Assembly: GCA_965222615.1 (NCBI GenBank) | Contig: CBDCUI010000007.1 | Location: forward strand, 736,001-800,000 | DNA length: 64,000 bases | Reading direction: 5' to 3' | Source: Gammaproteobacteria bacterium | Lineage (GTDB): Bacteria; Pseudomonadota; Gammaproteobacteria; UBA4575 | Part shown: positions 41,026 to 52,597 of the stretch, one piece after another | How positions within the stretch are numbered: the first letter of the stretch is position 1 | How the letters are laid out: every line of letters begins with the position of its first letter | Notes under the pieces: model-generated | Database searches by the model: none | Told to the model about the DNA's origin: nothing | Seen by the model: only the letters and a program-made list of their open reading frames with translations | Position numbers and translations under genes: made by a program

Positions 41026-41511
41026 ATGGCAAGGGTTTACATTAGTATTGGGAGCAACATCGATAAAGAGAAAAATATCCCTTCTTCAATCAGGGCTCTG
41101 CAAGAGCATTTTGGTGAAATGGAAATTTCTAACGTGTACGAAACTAAAGCGGTTGGCTTCGAAGGTGAAGATTTTCACAACTTAGTTGTTGGGTTCGATA
41201 CTATTCAATCTCCCTTAGAAATTGCCCAAATATTAAAGCAGATCGAAGCCGATCATAATCGTATACGCGGCAAGGAACAGTTTGAATCGCGCACCCTCGA
41301 TCTAGATCAGTTGTTATATGGTGATCTCGTAATGCAAATGGAGGGGGTTAATGTGCCACATCCTGATATTTTGCGTTACAACTTTGTTTTAAAGCCACTT
41401 GCAGAACTTGCGGGTGAAACTATGCATCCTGAGGAAGAAAAAAGCATAGAAGAACTTTGGAAATCACATCTAGAAAATGGGGAATTAACATTGGTACGTT
41501 ATGAATTTTGA
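41026..41511 (+). CDS. folK: HPPK (hydroxymethyldihydropterin pyrophosphokinase)
   Basis: YISIGSN, RTLDLD, PHPD, FVLKPLAE. Confidence 0.95.
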   Translation: MARVYISIGSNIDKEKNIPSSIRALQEHFGEMEISNVYETKAVGFEGEDFHNLVVGFDTIQSPLEIAQILKQIEADHNRIRGKEQFESRTLDLDQLLYGDLVMQMEGVNVPHPDILRYNFVLKPLAELAGETMHPEEEKSIEELWKSHLENGELTLVRYEF

Positions 41512-41897
41512 TGTACTGTTTTAGTGATAAGTAGATTAGCCTGATCACTTGCCCCTAAAAGTAGATGTTCAGTAACTACATTTACTGAGATAAATTTTTG
41601 AGTACCACATCAAAATAGATAGAAAAGCTTTGAACAATTCATCCATGAATTTTCAGCACACGTAAAGTAAAAGATGTGATTTTTACTTTGCATACAAAAT
41701 CAATGACTACAAGTCATTGATTTTGTTGGTATATTCTTGTGCCACAGGAATCTCTGAATGAGTCAGAGGTTCCACAGGCTTGTTTAGCAGAATTATAAGG
41801 CTCTTCATCGTTCTTTGATGTCAGCGCTTATATTTACAAGTAAAATTTCAAGCATTTCCAGTAACAAATTCCAAATTATATTTATAATCGTCCTTGC

Positions 41898-42176
41898 ATG
41901 TATAAATATGTGCTAGAAAAAAATGTGAAAGCAGACCTTAAAAAATATAAAAACTATACGATCCTGTTTAATGCACGCGAAACAAAAGATGGATTGTACA
42001 ATCCTGTTGCTACGCTTTTTAAATCCGGTGAAACCTCCATTACATTAGATATTAACCGATCGTTTAAGGTAAGGGATGAGGCACTTTCTTTCGCGCTAGG
42101 TGCTGCAGAAGCTGCAGTAGATGCAAAAATTAAAGGCAATAAACCAGACTTTGGGTTATTAGTGAGCGACTTATAA
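41898..42176 (+). CDS. Hypothetical protein
   Basis: 92-aa protein-like ORF convergent with the pteridine reductase; start uncertain. Confidence 0.65.
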   Translation: MYKYVLEKNVKADLKKYKNYTILFNARETKDGLYNPVATLFKSGETSITLDINRSFKVRDEALSFALGAAEAAVDAKIKGNKPDFGLLVSDL

Positions 42177-42190
42177 TAAATAATTACTAA

Positions 42191-42928
42191 TTAATTACTA
42201 AGAGTGCGTCCGCCATCAACTGCAATAATTTGCCCAGTTATGTAATTTGCATGATCGATTAAAAATAAGGCGGTATCAGCAATATCGGAAGGAGCCCCTT
42301 TACGTTTTAATGCAGTCCGAGAAATGATTTTTTCGTGCATGCTTTCATAGTGTTCTATTTCTGGCCACATGATGGCCCCGGGCGCAATACCATTTACACG
42401 TACGTTTGGCGCAAGTTCCCGGGCCATGGATTTAGTCAGCATGACTAAACCGGCTTTGGCAATACAATACACCGGATAATCCTTTAAAGGTCGATCTGCG
42501 TGGATATCGACAATATTGATAATGCAACCTTTTGTTTTGTTTAAATGAGGCGCGATGGATTGAGTCAAAAACAATGGGGCCTTCAGATTGACCCCAATTA
42601 AATCTTCCCATAGGCCTTCATCAATTTCATCCAGACTAGTGGGATAAAATGAAGAGGCATTATTGATCAATACATCGATGTGCCCATACAGCGACATTGC
42701 TTGTTCGATTAGGTTTGGAATTTTTTTGTATTCTTTCAAATCACCTTGTAGTAATTTTACAGATTCAGCGCGTTGTGCATTAAGATTTTTGGCCAGATCA
42801 GTAGCATCTTTTTCTGAGCTACGATAATGTAGAATAATATTCATGTCGGCTTGGTGTAAATGTTGCACAAGTGCAGCACCTACCCGACGTGCCGCCCCCG
42901 TAATCATGACTACTTTTTTGTTACTCAT
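42191..42928 (-). CDS. folM: Pteridine reductase (FolM/PTR1-like SDR)
   Basis: TGAARRVG, NNASSF, YCIAK, VDGG. Confidence 0.85.
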   Translation of the reverse strand: MSNKKVVMITGAARRVGAALVQHLHQADMNIILHYRSSEKDATDLAKNLNAQRAESVKLLQGDLKEYKKIPNLIEQAMSLYGHIDVLINNASSFYPTSLDEIDEGLWEDLIGVNLKAPLFLTQSIAPHLNKTKGCIINIVDIHADRPLKDYPVYCIAKAGLVMLTKSMARELAPNVRVNGIAPGAIMWPEIEHYESMHEKIISRTALKRKGAPSDIADTALFLIDHANYITGQIIAVDGGRTLSN

Positions 42929-42989
42929 ACTTATTTCTTAACAGATATTTACTGCATAAACTCTAACATACCTTGCCTGGATAGACGGC

Positions 42990-44162
42990 ATGTCTAATAT
43001 AACTTCTATTATGCTTACCGATGTACAATCGGCTGCAACAGAACGATGTGCACAATGCATTAAAGATATAATCATCAAACAAGGTGGGAATATTGGCTTT
43101 GATGAATATATGCAACTGGCATTGCATGATGAAACCGTAGGCTATTATCACTCCAAAGCTGAAATTTTTGCAGGGCAGGGAGATTTTACTACGGTGCCAG
43201 AAATCTCAGTACATCTTGCCTATTGTCTAGCGCATGCTTGTGCGAAGCTAATTTACGATGATTCCAAACGTGCCATTTTAGAAATTGGGGCAGGCAGTGG
43301 TAAAATGGCACTTGATATTATTCAGTGTTTACACACTTGGGGACAATTACCACATCGATATTACATTTATGAACCAAGTGCAGTCCTACGGGCTAAGCAA
43401 AAGGATTTGCTACAGTGCGAAATACCTGACCACTTTTCACTTATTGAATGGTTGCCAGATCTATCTTGCAAGTTAGAAACTGTCATTATTATCGCCAATG
43501 AAGTTTTAGATGCTCTACCAGTAAAGTGTTTTGAAATTCACGAACATGAAATAAAGGAAAGATTTGTAAGCTTAAATCAGCACGAAGAATTTTGTTGGCA
43601 GTTGCAAAAGCCTTCCGAGGCGTTAAATTCGGTATTGGACTACTTAACTGTTATGTTAGAACAACCTCTTGCACGAAACTATCAGAGTGAAATTAATGTT
43701 GATTTAGAATCAGCTTTATCAGTTTGGGCGCAAAGTTGTGAACAGTGCATCATGTTTCTTATCGACTACGGTTATCCACGTAGTGAGTACTACCATCCGC
43801 AACGTAATATGGGAACGTTACGTTGTTATTTTAAGCACCAGTTATCGGAAAATCCATTTAGTTATCCTGGCTTACAGGATATTACAGCGGATGTGGATTT
43901 TTCTGCAGTGGCAAAAATTGCCAGTTATTTACAACTTGGTGTACTTGCATTTAGCTCACAACGAAATTTTATGTTAGCGAATCATTTACTTGAATGGCGA
44001 CCATCGGGAGATGATATGGAACATATTGCTCAGATTGCGCAGCTAAAACAGCTTACACTGGGTTCAGCAATGAGCGAGCGGTTTCAAGTTATGGTATTGG
44101 GTAAAGGCATCGACTATGGAGCAGATCGATTTACATTGCGTGATATGCGTGCACGACTATAA
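42990..44162 (+). CDS. SAM-dependent methyltransferase (MidA/NDUFAF7 family)
   Basis: GYY..GDFTT.PEIS, EIGAGSG, ANEVLDA, IDYG, DITA.VDF. Confidence 0.92.
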   Translation: MSNITSIMLTDVQSAATERCAQCIKDIIIKQGGNIGFDEYMQLALHDETVGYYHSKAEIFAGQGDFTTVPEISVHLAYCLAHACAKLIYDDSKRAILEIGAGSGKMALDIIQCLHTWGQLPHRYYIYEPSAVLRAKQKDLLQCEIPDHFSLIEWLPDLSCKLETVIIIANEVLDALPVKCFEIHEHEIKERFVSLNQHEEFCWQLQKPSEALNSVLDYLTVMLEQPLARNYQSEINVDLESALSVWAQSCEQCIMFLIDYGYPRSEYYHPQRNMGTLRCYFKHQLSENPFSYPGLQDITADVDFSAVAKIASYLQLGVLAFSSQRNFMLANHLLEWRPSGDDMEHIAQIAQLKQLTLGSAMSERFQVMVLGKGIDYGADRFTLRDMRARL

Positions 44163-44178
44163 AGGATGATGATAAAAA

Positions 44179-44979
44179 ATGAGCTCACTACATGCATTTT
44201 TGTTAGCAATTGTACAAGGTATTACAGAATTTCTGCCGATATCCAGTTCTGCTCATTTAGTGTTGTTGCCAATCATCATGCAGTGGCAAGATCAAGGTGT
44301 TGTGTTAGATATAGCTGCACACTTGGGTAGTTTATTGGCGGTAGTTTTTTATTTTCGCGAAGATCTACGCAAGCTGATCAGTAGCTGGTGTGGCTCATTT
44401 TTTCCTTCTAATAAGAATAATGAGGACGCAAAACTTGCCTGGTTACTATTTTGGGCTACGTTACCGATAATGATCATTGCGTTACTTTTGCAAAGTTACT
44501 TGATTGAATATGTACGCAATGCCATCGTAATTGCTGTTGCCTCAATATTTTTTGGATTATTGTTGTGGTTGGCAGATTGGCGTGGTCAACAAACGCGTAC
44601 TACAAAGCAATTAACAATTTTTGATGCAATGTTTATCGGGTTCGCGCAGGCCGTTGCCTTAATTCCAGGCACGTCACGTTCCGGAATCACCATGACGGCT
44701 GCGTTATGGTTAGGGCTTACGCGTGTCGAAGCGGCACGTTTTTCATTTCTGTTAGCAATACCTACTATTCTTGCAGCTTCTTTATACGGGATTTATCGCG
44801 CTGTACTTCAGGATGAAGTTTTTCAATGGAGTTTGGCTTTAGTTGTAATTGCTTGCTCGGCAGTTGTTGCTTGGTTGTGTATACACTGGTTTATTAAGTT
44901 TGTGAGTAAGATCGGCATGATGCCATTTGTGCTATATAGAGTATTACTAGGGATAGTTTTACTTTATTTTTACTTGTAA
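44179..44979 (+). CDS. uppP: Undecaprenyl-diphosphatase
   Basis: QGITEFLPISSSAH, PGTSRSG. Confidence 0.96.
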   Translation: MSSLHAFLLAIVQGITEFLPISSSAHLVLLPIIMQWQDQGVVLDIAAHLGSLLAVVFYFREDLRKLISSWCGSFFPSNKNNEDAKLAWLLFWATLPIMIIALLLQSYLIEYVRNAIVIAVASIFFGLLLWLADWRGQQTRTTKQLTIFDAMFIGFAQAVALIPGTSRSGITMTAALWLGLTRVEAARFSFLLAIPTILAASLYGIYRAVLQDEVFQWSLALVVIACSAVVAWLCIHWFIKFVSKIGMMPFVLYRVLLGIVLLYFYL

Positions 44980-44994
44980 CGCGCTACTACTTTT

Positions 44995-46158
44995 CTACTT
45001 AGAATGTCTTTCTTCTATTAATTGTTTTAACAATTTAAGTTGTGCACTTTCTAGGTTATCTGCGAGCTCTTGACTGGTTACACCACGTTTAATCCAAGGT
45101 CCGACATCGATACTATCGATTGTTTTTGATGCCAGAGTAAGCCAATCTGCTTGAGGGTAAGTTTTTTCATTCGTCGCCATCATATAAATGGTTGCAAAGA
45201 TCTTCAATAAAGAAGAAAAGCGTTCCGGTTTCCTTCTAGCGTCTAGTTTATGCAGCAAACTTAAAAGTTGCTTTTCATTTAATTCTAAAGCTTGATGACA
45301 TAGGTGTTGTAGATTAGCAGTATGGTTAAGCAATTCTTTACAAGGATTTGGAATAGGCAATTGTTTGCATAATTTTTGCACATCAGGGTAAGCGTCGTCT
45401 TGAAAATCGTAATAAAGTCCACCGATCATGGTTGCAAAGCGTACGCACGGTTGTGTTTCTTGAAGAGAAATTTTATTTAGTGAGCTAAATCCAAGTTCCC
45501 GTGCAGTTGTATTTTTAAATTGACTACTAATACTTGAATGAGTTTGTGCTAATGCATCTACTTCTTGCAATACTGAAAAAAATATTGAGGGAGATTGTGT
45601 AGCTAGTGCAGTATAGGTTTCGCTCCATACACGTTCTCGTACTAGATCAGCCAACTCTCCCGTTTTTACAATACGCCGCATAAGCTGTAGTGTTTCATTG
45701 GCAATAGTAAAACCAAGATGATGAAATGTTGCTGCAAAGCGTGCGACACGTAGCACACGTAAAGGATCTTCTGTAAATGCAGAAGATACGTGACGTAATA
45801 GTTTGGCAGCTAAGTCTCGTTGTCCACCATAAGGATCAATGAGTTCACCACTCTTGCTTTTTGCTATGGCATTGATGGTTAAATCTCTGCGGAGTAAATC
45901 CTCTTCAAGCGTCACGCTTGGGGATGCGTGTATCTCAAATCCATAATAGCCACGCCCTTTCTTCCGTTCCGTACGGGCTAAGGCATATTCTTCTTTATTT
46001 TGTGGATGTAAAAATACCGGAAAGTCTCTGCCAACGGGTTTAAAGCCTTGTGTTAGCATTTCTTCGGGAGTAGAACCAACAACTACCCAATCGCGTTCTT
46101 TTATTGACAAACCTAGCAGTTCATCTCGTACTGCTCCGCCAACTAAGTAAACTTCCAT
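44995..46158 (-). CDS. cca: tRNA CCA-adding enzyme
   Basis: VGGAVRD..ERD, DLLRRDLTINA, EDPLRVLR. Confidence 0.94.
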   Translation of the reverse strand: MEVYLVGGAVRDELLGLSIKERDWVVVGSTPEEMLTQGFKPVGRDFPVFLHPQNKEEYALARTERKKGRGYYGFEIHASPSVTLEEDLLRRDLTINAIAKSKSGELIDPYGGQRDLAAKLLRHVSSAFTEDPLRVLRVARFAATFHHLGFTIANETLQLMRRIVKTGELADLVRERVWSETYTALATQSPSIFFSVLQEVDALAQTHSSISSQFKNTTARELGFSSLNKISLQETQPCVRFATMIGGLYYDFQDDAYPDVQKLCKQLPIPNPCKELLNHTANLQHLCHQALELNEKQLLSLLHKLDARRKPERFSSLLKIFATIYMMATNEKTYPQADWLTLASKTIDSIDVGPWIKRGVTSQELADNLESAQLKLLKQLIEERHSK

Positions 46159-46191
46159 TGTTAGATTTTGTAAATGTGATAACGTAAATGC

Positions 46192-47244
46192 ATGGTTAAA
46201 ATATATCGTCTAGTTTTGCTTGGCTCATTAGTTTTTAGCTGTATAGGATGTACGACGATAAGCTACTATCATCAATCTATTAGTGGCCATTTTGCATTAA
46301 TCTCAAAGCGTGAACGAATTGAGGATATCGTAAGCGATTCTACACGCGACGAAAGACTAGTCGAGCAATTAATGCTTGCACAACAGATTAGATCATTCGC
46401 GAGTGCCACGCTTAAATTACCAGAAAACGATAGTTACCGTAGTTATGTTCAGTTAGATCGGCCGTATGTTACATGGAATGTGTTTGCGGCGCCGGAATTC
46501 TCCACCAATTTGCAACAATGGTGTTTTCTTGTCATTGGATGCGTTTCTTATCGTGGCTATTTTGATGAGATGGCCGCACGGAATTACGCAGCAAATTTAG
46601 CTAAGCAAGGCCTGGATGTCTATGTTGCAGGGGTCCCTGCTTATTCCACCTTGGGCTGGTTTGATGATCCCTTACTGAGCACGATGATTGATCGAGGTGA
46701 AATTGTAACTGCATCATACGTTATTCATGAGCTCGCTCACCAGCAGTTTTATATAAAAGGTGATTCTGCCTTTAATGAAGCCTTTGCTACTGCAGTAGAA
46801 GAGATTGGTGTACGTAAATGGTTGCAGCAACAGCAACGCCGACAAGATCTTGAAAAATATGAGAAATGGTTGCAGCAGAAGACGCTTTTTTTTAATTTTA
46901 TTAAGACAGTTCAACAAGAATATAAACAGCTTTATGCTCAAGATCTTAATGATGAGATCATGCGAACAAAGAAAAAAAATAAAATTGCCGACGTTCGCAA
47001 AAGATTTACAGTACTTACACAACAACACCGTCAATTATCTAGATATTCAAACTGGATGTCAGGGCCATTGAATAATGCACAATTTGGTGCGATTGCACTA
47101 TATCGAGATTTAGTGCCAGATTTTGTTCAGCTTTTTAAAGTGTGTGGAAATAATTTTGAACGTTTTTATAAACGTGCTGAAGAAATTTCACATCTTGCCA
47201 AAGAGCAACGTCTGCAAACACTCGCTACTGGCAGTGATTGTTAA
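46192..47244 (+). CDS. Putative zinc aminopeptidase lipoprotein
   Basis: IGC lipobox, YSTLGWFDDP, HELAH, FNE. Confidence 0.88.
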   Translation: MVKIYRLVLLGSLVFSCIGCTTISYYHQSISGHFALISKRERIEDIVSDSTRDERLVEQLMLAQQIRSFASATLKLPENDSYRSYVQLDRPYVTWNVFAAPEFSTNLQQWCFLVIGCVSYRGYFDEMAARNYAANLAKQGLDVYVAGVPAYSTLGWFDDPLLSTMIDRGEIVTASYVIHELAHQQFYIKGDSAFNEAFATAVEEIGVRKWLQQQQRRQDLEKYEKWLQQKTLFFNFIKTVQQEYKQLYAQDLNDEIMRTKKKNKIADVRKRFTVLTQQHRQLSRYSNWMSGPLNNAQFGAIALYRDLVPDFVQLFKVCGNNFERFYKRAEEISHLAKEQRLQTLATGSDC

Positions 47245-48185
47245 GTATTTTTTCTAGCACGAAAATCTTGGTATTTAGCGTATCTGGATTTACTTAGCAA
47301 ATAGTTGGGAGCAATAGCTTCTATAGGTGTGAGGCAATTATAAGCTTCACTGCATATGCTATCTGTTTGTAAAGAATTATAGTTGTCTATAGAAAAAGGT
47401 TTGCCTGGTGCAAACTCTAAAATTTGTGCCTGCAATCTAGATAACCAGTTTGGTAGTCCAATTACTTTTCTTTTGTACCCACAAACAATCGCTATATATT
47501 GAACGAGCTGTTTTAGTGAATATTGTTTTGGCCCACATAAATCGGATCTCTTACCATATGTCTTTGGGTCATCGATTGCATCTACCATCACATTCACTAC
47601 GTCACCAACATATACGGGTGCAAATTTAGTGTTGGCGCATGCCAAAGGGAATACCCATGGTGTTATTTTTAATATCGATGCAAATCGATTTAAAAAGTCA
47701 TCATCTGGACCAAAGATTACTGAAGGTCGAAAACTCGTGATAGCCATTTTATTTGCTGCAAAGGTGTGAACGTAATTTTCGGCTTCGCCTTTGGTGCGCA
47801 AGTAAAAACTAGTGCCATCTGGATTTGCGTTGAGTGCGCTCATATGTAATAACCGTGTAACTTTACAGCTGGAACAGGTTGCAACGACTTTTCGCGCTAG
47901 TTCTACATGTGCAATGTGAAAGCCTTTTCCACTATGGCCTTTTTCGTTAAGAATTCCGACTAGATTTACAACTACATCGCAATCCTGAAAATGCATAGTA
48001 AGTTGTGACTCGTCATGGATATCGGATTCAACCATCTGCAAACTAGGTAAAACCAGCAGTTCTCGATGCTTTTCGCGACGACGTGTCAATATTTTCACGT
48101 TATGCCCACGTTTTACCAATTCCGTGCATAAATGACTGCCGACAAAGCCAGTTCCACCCAACACACAAATGGATAGTTTTTTCAT
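47241..48185 (-). CDS. NDUFA9-like NAD(P)-binding protein (atypical SDR)
   Basis: GGTGFVG, NLVGIL, YLRTK, RPSVIFG. Confidence 0.9.
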   Translation of the reverse strand: MKKLSICVLGGTGFVGSHLCTELVKRGHNVKILTRRREKHRELLVLPSLQMVESDIHDESQLTMHFQDCDVVVNLVGILNEKGHSGKGFHIAHVELARKVVATCSSCKVTRLLHMSALNANPDGTSFYLRTKGEAENYVHTFAANKMAITSFRPSVIFGPDDDFLNRFASILKITPWVFPLACANTKFAPVYVGDVVNVMVDAIDDPKTYGKRSDLCGPKQYSLKQLVQYIAIVCGYKRKVIGLPNWLSRLQAQILEFAPGKPFSIDNYNSLQTDSICSEAYNCLTPIEAIAPNYLLSKSRYAKYQDFRARKNT

Positions 48186-48540
48186 TTTATTTACTGCTTT
48201 TTTATCCACATAGTACTAAATTCAGTTTTATGGTGTGTGAGTGCCTATTGTACGAGCGATCTGGGCCAACTGTTATATACATAAATTTGACGCCTTATTT
48301 GGAACTGAAGGTACTATCCGCGGCTAAAAAATAACCTATTGTTCGTCGATTAGTCGTGAAATACGCGCCCCTATCGGCAAAAACTGCCGAATTTATCATC
48401 CAGACTTGTAATCGATTTAAGAATGCATAAAAATATACGTTGCAGAAATTAGCTGCAGAGATCCCCTTAAATTCGCCATTCCAGGCGTGAAATTTCACGA
48501 ATAACGCTTTTAGCTTTTATAACAGTGGAGTATTAGTTGA

Positions 48541-48867
48541 GTGAGTGAAGATATTAGTCATATAACGGATGACAGCTTTGACAAAGAAGTATTACAGTCA
48601 GACCAACCCGTATTAGTGGATTATTGGGCAGAGTGGTGTGGTCCATGCAAAATGATTGCACCCTTACTTGATGAAATTGCGGGTGAATACAAAGGTAAAC
48701 TCAAAATCACTAAGCTAAATATTGATGACAATCCAAGCACTCCGCCGAAATATGGAGTACGGGGTATCCCGACATTAATGATTTTCAAAAATGGTAATGC
48801 CGAAGCTACAAAAGTTGGAGCATTATCTAAATCGCAATTAACTGCATTTATTGATCAAAGTATATAG
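48541..48867 (+). CDS. trxA: Thioredoxin
   Basis: WCGPC; upstream of rho. Confidence 0.98.
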   Translation: MSEDISHITDDSFDKEVLQSDQPVLVDYWAEWCGPCKMIAPLLDEIAGEYKGKLKITKLNIDDNPSTPPKYGVRGIPTLMIFKNGNAEATKVGALSKSQLTAFIDQSI

Positions 48868-49089
48868 ACCAGTTTTTTATAAAAATTCCTATTCAATTAT
48901 CAAAATTTATTAACCAATAATATTAAATAGCGCATAAGCAACACTTACCAACCACGCTGAGAAATTCTGGATAAATAAGACGCTTTTCGCAGCGTTAACC
49001 GAGTTCTACACAAAGTATGCAAGGCATATCTTTTTGTGTGGCCGATTATATAAACCCATAACTTTTAATCACAAAATACTTGTAGTGTC

Positions 49090-50346
49090 ATGAACTTAAC
49101 CGAATTGAAGAAAAAACCTGCCTCAGAATTGATCGATACGGCCGCGGATATGGGCATCGATAATTTAGCTCGCTCGCGAAAACAAGACATCATCTTTTCA
49201 ATTCTCAAAGCACATGCAAAAAATGGCGAGGATATTTTTGGCGATGGTGTGCTTGAAATTTTGCAAGACGGTTTTGGCTTTTTGCGTTCCGCTGATTGCT
49301 CTTATCTCGCGGGTCCAGATGACATCTATGTTTCTCCTAGTCAAATTAGAAGGTTTGGTCTACGTACTGGAGACACTGTTTCAGGAAAAATTCGTCCTCC
49401 AAAAGATAGTGAACGTTATTTCGCTATGCTTAAAGTGGACGAAATTAATTTTGACAAGCCTGAAAATGCAAAACGCAAAGTCTTATTTGAGAACTTAACC
49501 CCACTGCATCCAGATGAACGCTTAAAACTAGAACGTGGTAACGGCAGTACTGAAGATATCACTGCACGGATAATCGATATTTGTGCGCCGATTGGAAAAG
49601 GTCAACGTGGCTTAATTATTTCGCCTCCAAAAGCTGGTAAGACATTAATGCTGCAGAACATTGCGCAAAGCATTACCTCTAATCATCCTGAATGTTACCT
49701 GATCGTTTTACTTATCGATGAGCGCCCTGAGGAAGTCACAGAGATGGAACGCATGGTACAAGGTGAGGTGGTATCGAGTACCTTTGATGAACCCGCAAGT
49801 CGTCATGTACAAGTAGCCGAGATGGTAATCGAAAAGGCTAAGCGCTTGGTAGAGCATAAGCGTGATGTAGTTATCCTACTTGACTCGATCACCCGATTGG
49901 CACGCGCCTATAACACTGTAGTACCCGCATCTGGAAAAGTACTTACCGGAGGCGTAGATGCCAATGCCCTACAACGTCCAAAACGATTTTTTGGAGCCGC
50001 TAGAAATATTGAAGAGGGTGGTAGCCTTACAATCATTGCTACAGCCTTAATCGATACTGGTTCGAAGATGGATGAAGTCATTTACGAAGAATTTAAAGGT
50101 ACCGGTAATATGGAAATCCATATGGATCGTCGTATTGCTGAAAAACGTGTATTCCCTGCAGTAAACATTAATCGTTCCGGTACACGACGTGAAGAGTTGA
50201 TTACCGATCAAGAAGAATTACAAAAGATATGGGTATTACGTAAGTTCTTACATCCCATGGATGAAATCGAAGCTATGGACTTCATGCTTGGGCGCATGCA
50301 AACCACTAAAACGAATGAAGGATTTTTTGAGGCGATGAAGCGTTAG
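49090..50346 (+). CDS. rho: Transcription termination factor Rho
   Basis: [22 protein letters not shown]. Confidence 0.99.
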   Translation: MNLTELKKKPASELIDTAADMGIDNLARSRKQDIIFSILKAHAKNGEDIFGDGVLEILQDGFGFLRSADCSYLAGPDDIYVSPSQIRRFGLRTGDTVSGKIRPPKDSERYFAMLKVDEINFDKPENAKRKVLFENLTPLHPDERLKLERGNGSTEDITARIIDICAPIGKGQRGLIISPPKAGKTLMLQNIAQSITSNHPECYLIVLLIDERPEEVTEMERMVQGEVVSSTFDEPASRHVQVAEMVIEKAKRLVEHKRDVVILLDSITRLARAYNTVVPASGKVLTGGVDANALQRPKRFFGAARNIEEGGSLTIIATALIDTGSKMDEVIYEEFKGTGNMEIHMDRRIAEKRVFPAVNINRSGTRREELITDQEELQKIWVLRKFLHPMDEIEAMDFMLGRMQTTKTNEGFFEAMKR

Positions 50347-51623
50347 ATAGTGCTTAAAGCACGATAGCCAATGTCAGTACGATAAAACATTTTTGGCCAA
50401 GAAATTTGTTTGACTAAGGTGTAGGCATGTTGTTGAGCCGTGGCCAAATCATCGCCTAATGCAGTTGCACACAACACGCGACCACCATTAGTAATTACTT
50501 GACCATCAGTTAGTTTTGTACCGGCATGAAACACCTTTTGTGTTTCGAGTTCATGTTGTGGTAGTCCTTGTATTACATCGCCTTTGTTGTAGTTTTCCGG
50601 ATACCCACCTGCAGCGAGCACAACCCCTAACGCACAACGCGGGTCCCATTCGATTGCATACTGATCCAATTGTTGTGAAAGCGCGGCCATACATAGTGTA
50701 GTTAAGTCAGACTGCATGCGTAAAAGGATGGGTTGTGTTTCTGGATCACCAAAGCGGCAATTAAATTCCAGTACATAGGGATTATTATGTGCATCTATCA
50801 TGATTCCGGCATATAAAAATCCTGTATAGGGTGCGCCTTGGTTAGCAAATCCCTGCACGGTTGGATAAATAATCTCATCAAGAATGCGTTGATGCATAGA
50901 GGGAGTCACAATCGGCGCAGGGGAGTAGGCACCCATGCCACCAGTATTGGGTCCTAGATCTCCTTCATCTCGGGCTTTATGATCTTGTGAACTAGCGAGA
51001 GGAAGTACATGTTTGCCATCGACCATACAAATAAAACTGGCTTCTTCACCTTGGATAAACTCTTCTACGACAATACGATGCCCTGCTTCACCAAAACTAG
51101 CACCACTTAGCATGCGCTCGACACATTGCAGAGCTTCAGCATGTGTTTGCGCAATTACCACGCCTTTACCGGCCGCTAATCCGTCGGCCTTGATTACAAT
51201 GGGGACAGGTTTAGATTTGATATAAGTAGTCGCGTCTTCAGTATTCGTAAAGACTGCATATTCACCTGTCGGGATGTTGTGTTCATGCATAAACTTTTTT
51301 GCAAAGGCCTTGGAGCCTTCTAGTTGTGCAGTTATCGCACTGGGCCCAAAGATGGGCAATTGCTGTTGTTGGAATTGATCGACAATTCCTGCCACTAAAG
51401 GTGCCTCAGGTCCAACTACGGTTAAATCAATAGCATGTTGTTTGGCAAACTCTAGCAATGCTTCAATATCTTCTGCGTCGATAGCAATGTTGTGTGTTTT
51501 GGGCTCGGCGGCAGTGCCGGCATTACCCGGTGCAACATAAATTTCAGAAACCTGTGGGGATTGACCTAATTTCCATGCCAAGGCGTGTTCACGTCCACCA
51601 CCACCGACAACGAGTATTTTCAT
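50343..51623 (-). CDS. purD: Phosphoribosylamine-glycine ligase
   Basis: [28 protein letters not shown]. Confidence 0.98.
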   Translation of the reverse strand: MKILVVGGGGREHALAWKLGQSPQVSEIYVAPGNAGTAAEPKTHNIAIDAEDIEALLEFAKQHAIDLTVVGPEAPLVAGIVDQFQQQQLPIFGPSAITAQLEGSKAFAKKFMHEHNIPTGEYAVFTNTEDATTYIKSKPVPIVIKADGLAAGKGVVIAQTHAEALQCVERMLSGASFGEAGHRIVVEEFIQGEEASFICMVDGKHVLPLASSQDHKARDEGDLGPNTGGMGAYSPAPIVTPSMHQRILDEIIYPTVQGFANQGAPYTGFLYAGIMIDAHNNPYVLEFNCRFGDPETQPILLRMQSDLTTLCMAALSQQLDQYAIEWDPRCALGVVLAAGGYPENYNKGDVIQGLPQHELETQKVFHAGTKLTDGQVITNGGRVLCATALGDDLATAQQHAYTLVKQISWPKMFYRTDIGYRALSTI

Positions 51624-51653
51624 TTGAGTTCGACTTTCCGTGATTAGTTATTG

Positions 51654-52541
51654 TTAATATGAAGTCAGTACGAATGCCAATGCGAGTGGCAATGTAATGA
51701 TAGCGAAAAGATTGCCAAACAACACAATTGAAGCCACAGCTTTGGGTTGTTGACCGAAGCGTTCAGCAAATAAAAAATTCATCACGGCAGGAGGCAATGC
51801 TCCAAATAACAGTAATGAACCAGCTTGAATGGTTGAAAAATCAAAATATATGACCAAGACGTATGCTGAACAAAAGCCCACCAATGGGATCAACAGAGCA
51901 AACAACACTCCCATTTTCCACTCTTGAAAATCAATGCTGGCTAGGCGTACCCCTAGAGAAAACAGCATTAATGGAATAGCGATTTGCCCCAACATATCAA
52001 TCGGTAACATGATACTTTTGGGGAGAGAAGTCGATGTGGCATTGAATAGCAATGCTGCTACTGCGGCCCAAATCACCGTCTGTTTAAGCGCAATAAATGG
52101 ATTAGTGCCACGACTTAATATCATACTTCCAAGTCCATAATGGGTGACATTGCCGATTAAGAACAAAACTAATCCAGTAACTAAGCCAGGTTTTCCAAAT
52201 GCTAGCGTCATTAAGGGTAAGCCGACATTGCCTGCATTGTGAAACATCATAGGCGGTGCAATGGTTCGAAATGGGTAGGAACTGAACTTAGAAATACACC
52301 AAGCAATAACTGCTGCAATTAACACAATTGCCAAACCCGCTATTGCAAGGGAGAGATGTTCATTAAGCGCAAAAGATTGATCGCTTAGTGACGCGAATAC
52401 CAAAGCCGGCACAAACACATCTAAATTTACGCGATTCGCGGTATCCATATTTAAATGCCAGACTCGACCAAGTACCGTACCCAAGGCAACAATTGCAATA
52501 ATCGGAAACATAATCCCAAGAATTTGTATAAAAAGATCCAT
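51654..52541 (-). CDS. AEC family transporter
   Basis: VPALVF, NAGNVGLP, PLMLFSLG, PPAV; about 10 TM helices. Confidence 0.9.
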   Translation of the reverse strand: MDLFIQILGIMFPIIAIVALGTVLGRVWHLNMDTANRVNLDVFVPALVFASLSDQSFALNEHLSLAIAGLAIVLIAAVIAWCISKFSSYPFRTIAPPMMFHNAGNVGLPLMTLAFGKPGLVTGLVLFLIGNVTHYGLGSMILSRGTNPFIALKQTVIWAAVAALLFNATSTSLPKSIMLPIDMLGQIAIPLMLFSLGVRLASIDFQEWKMGVLFALLIPLVGFCSAYVLVIYFDFSTIQAGSLLLFGALPPAVMNFLFAERFGQQPKAVASIVLFGNLFAIITLPLALAFVLTSY

Positions 52542-52597
52542 TTCTCTATTTTGTTCTTTTATTAGTAATGAATATAAATTGAGCGTTCTAAAATGTA

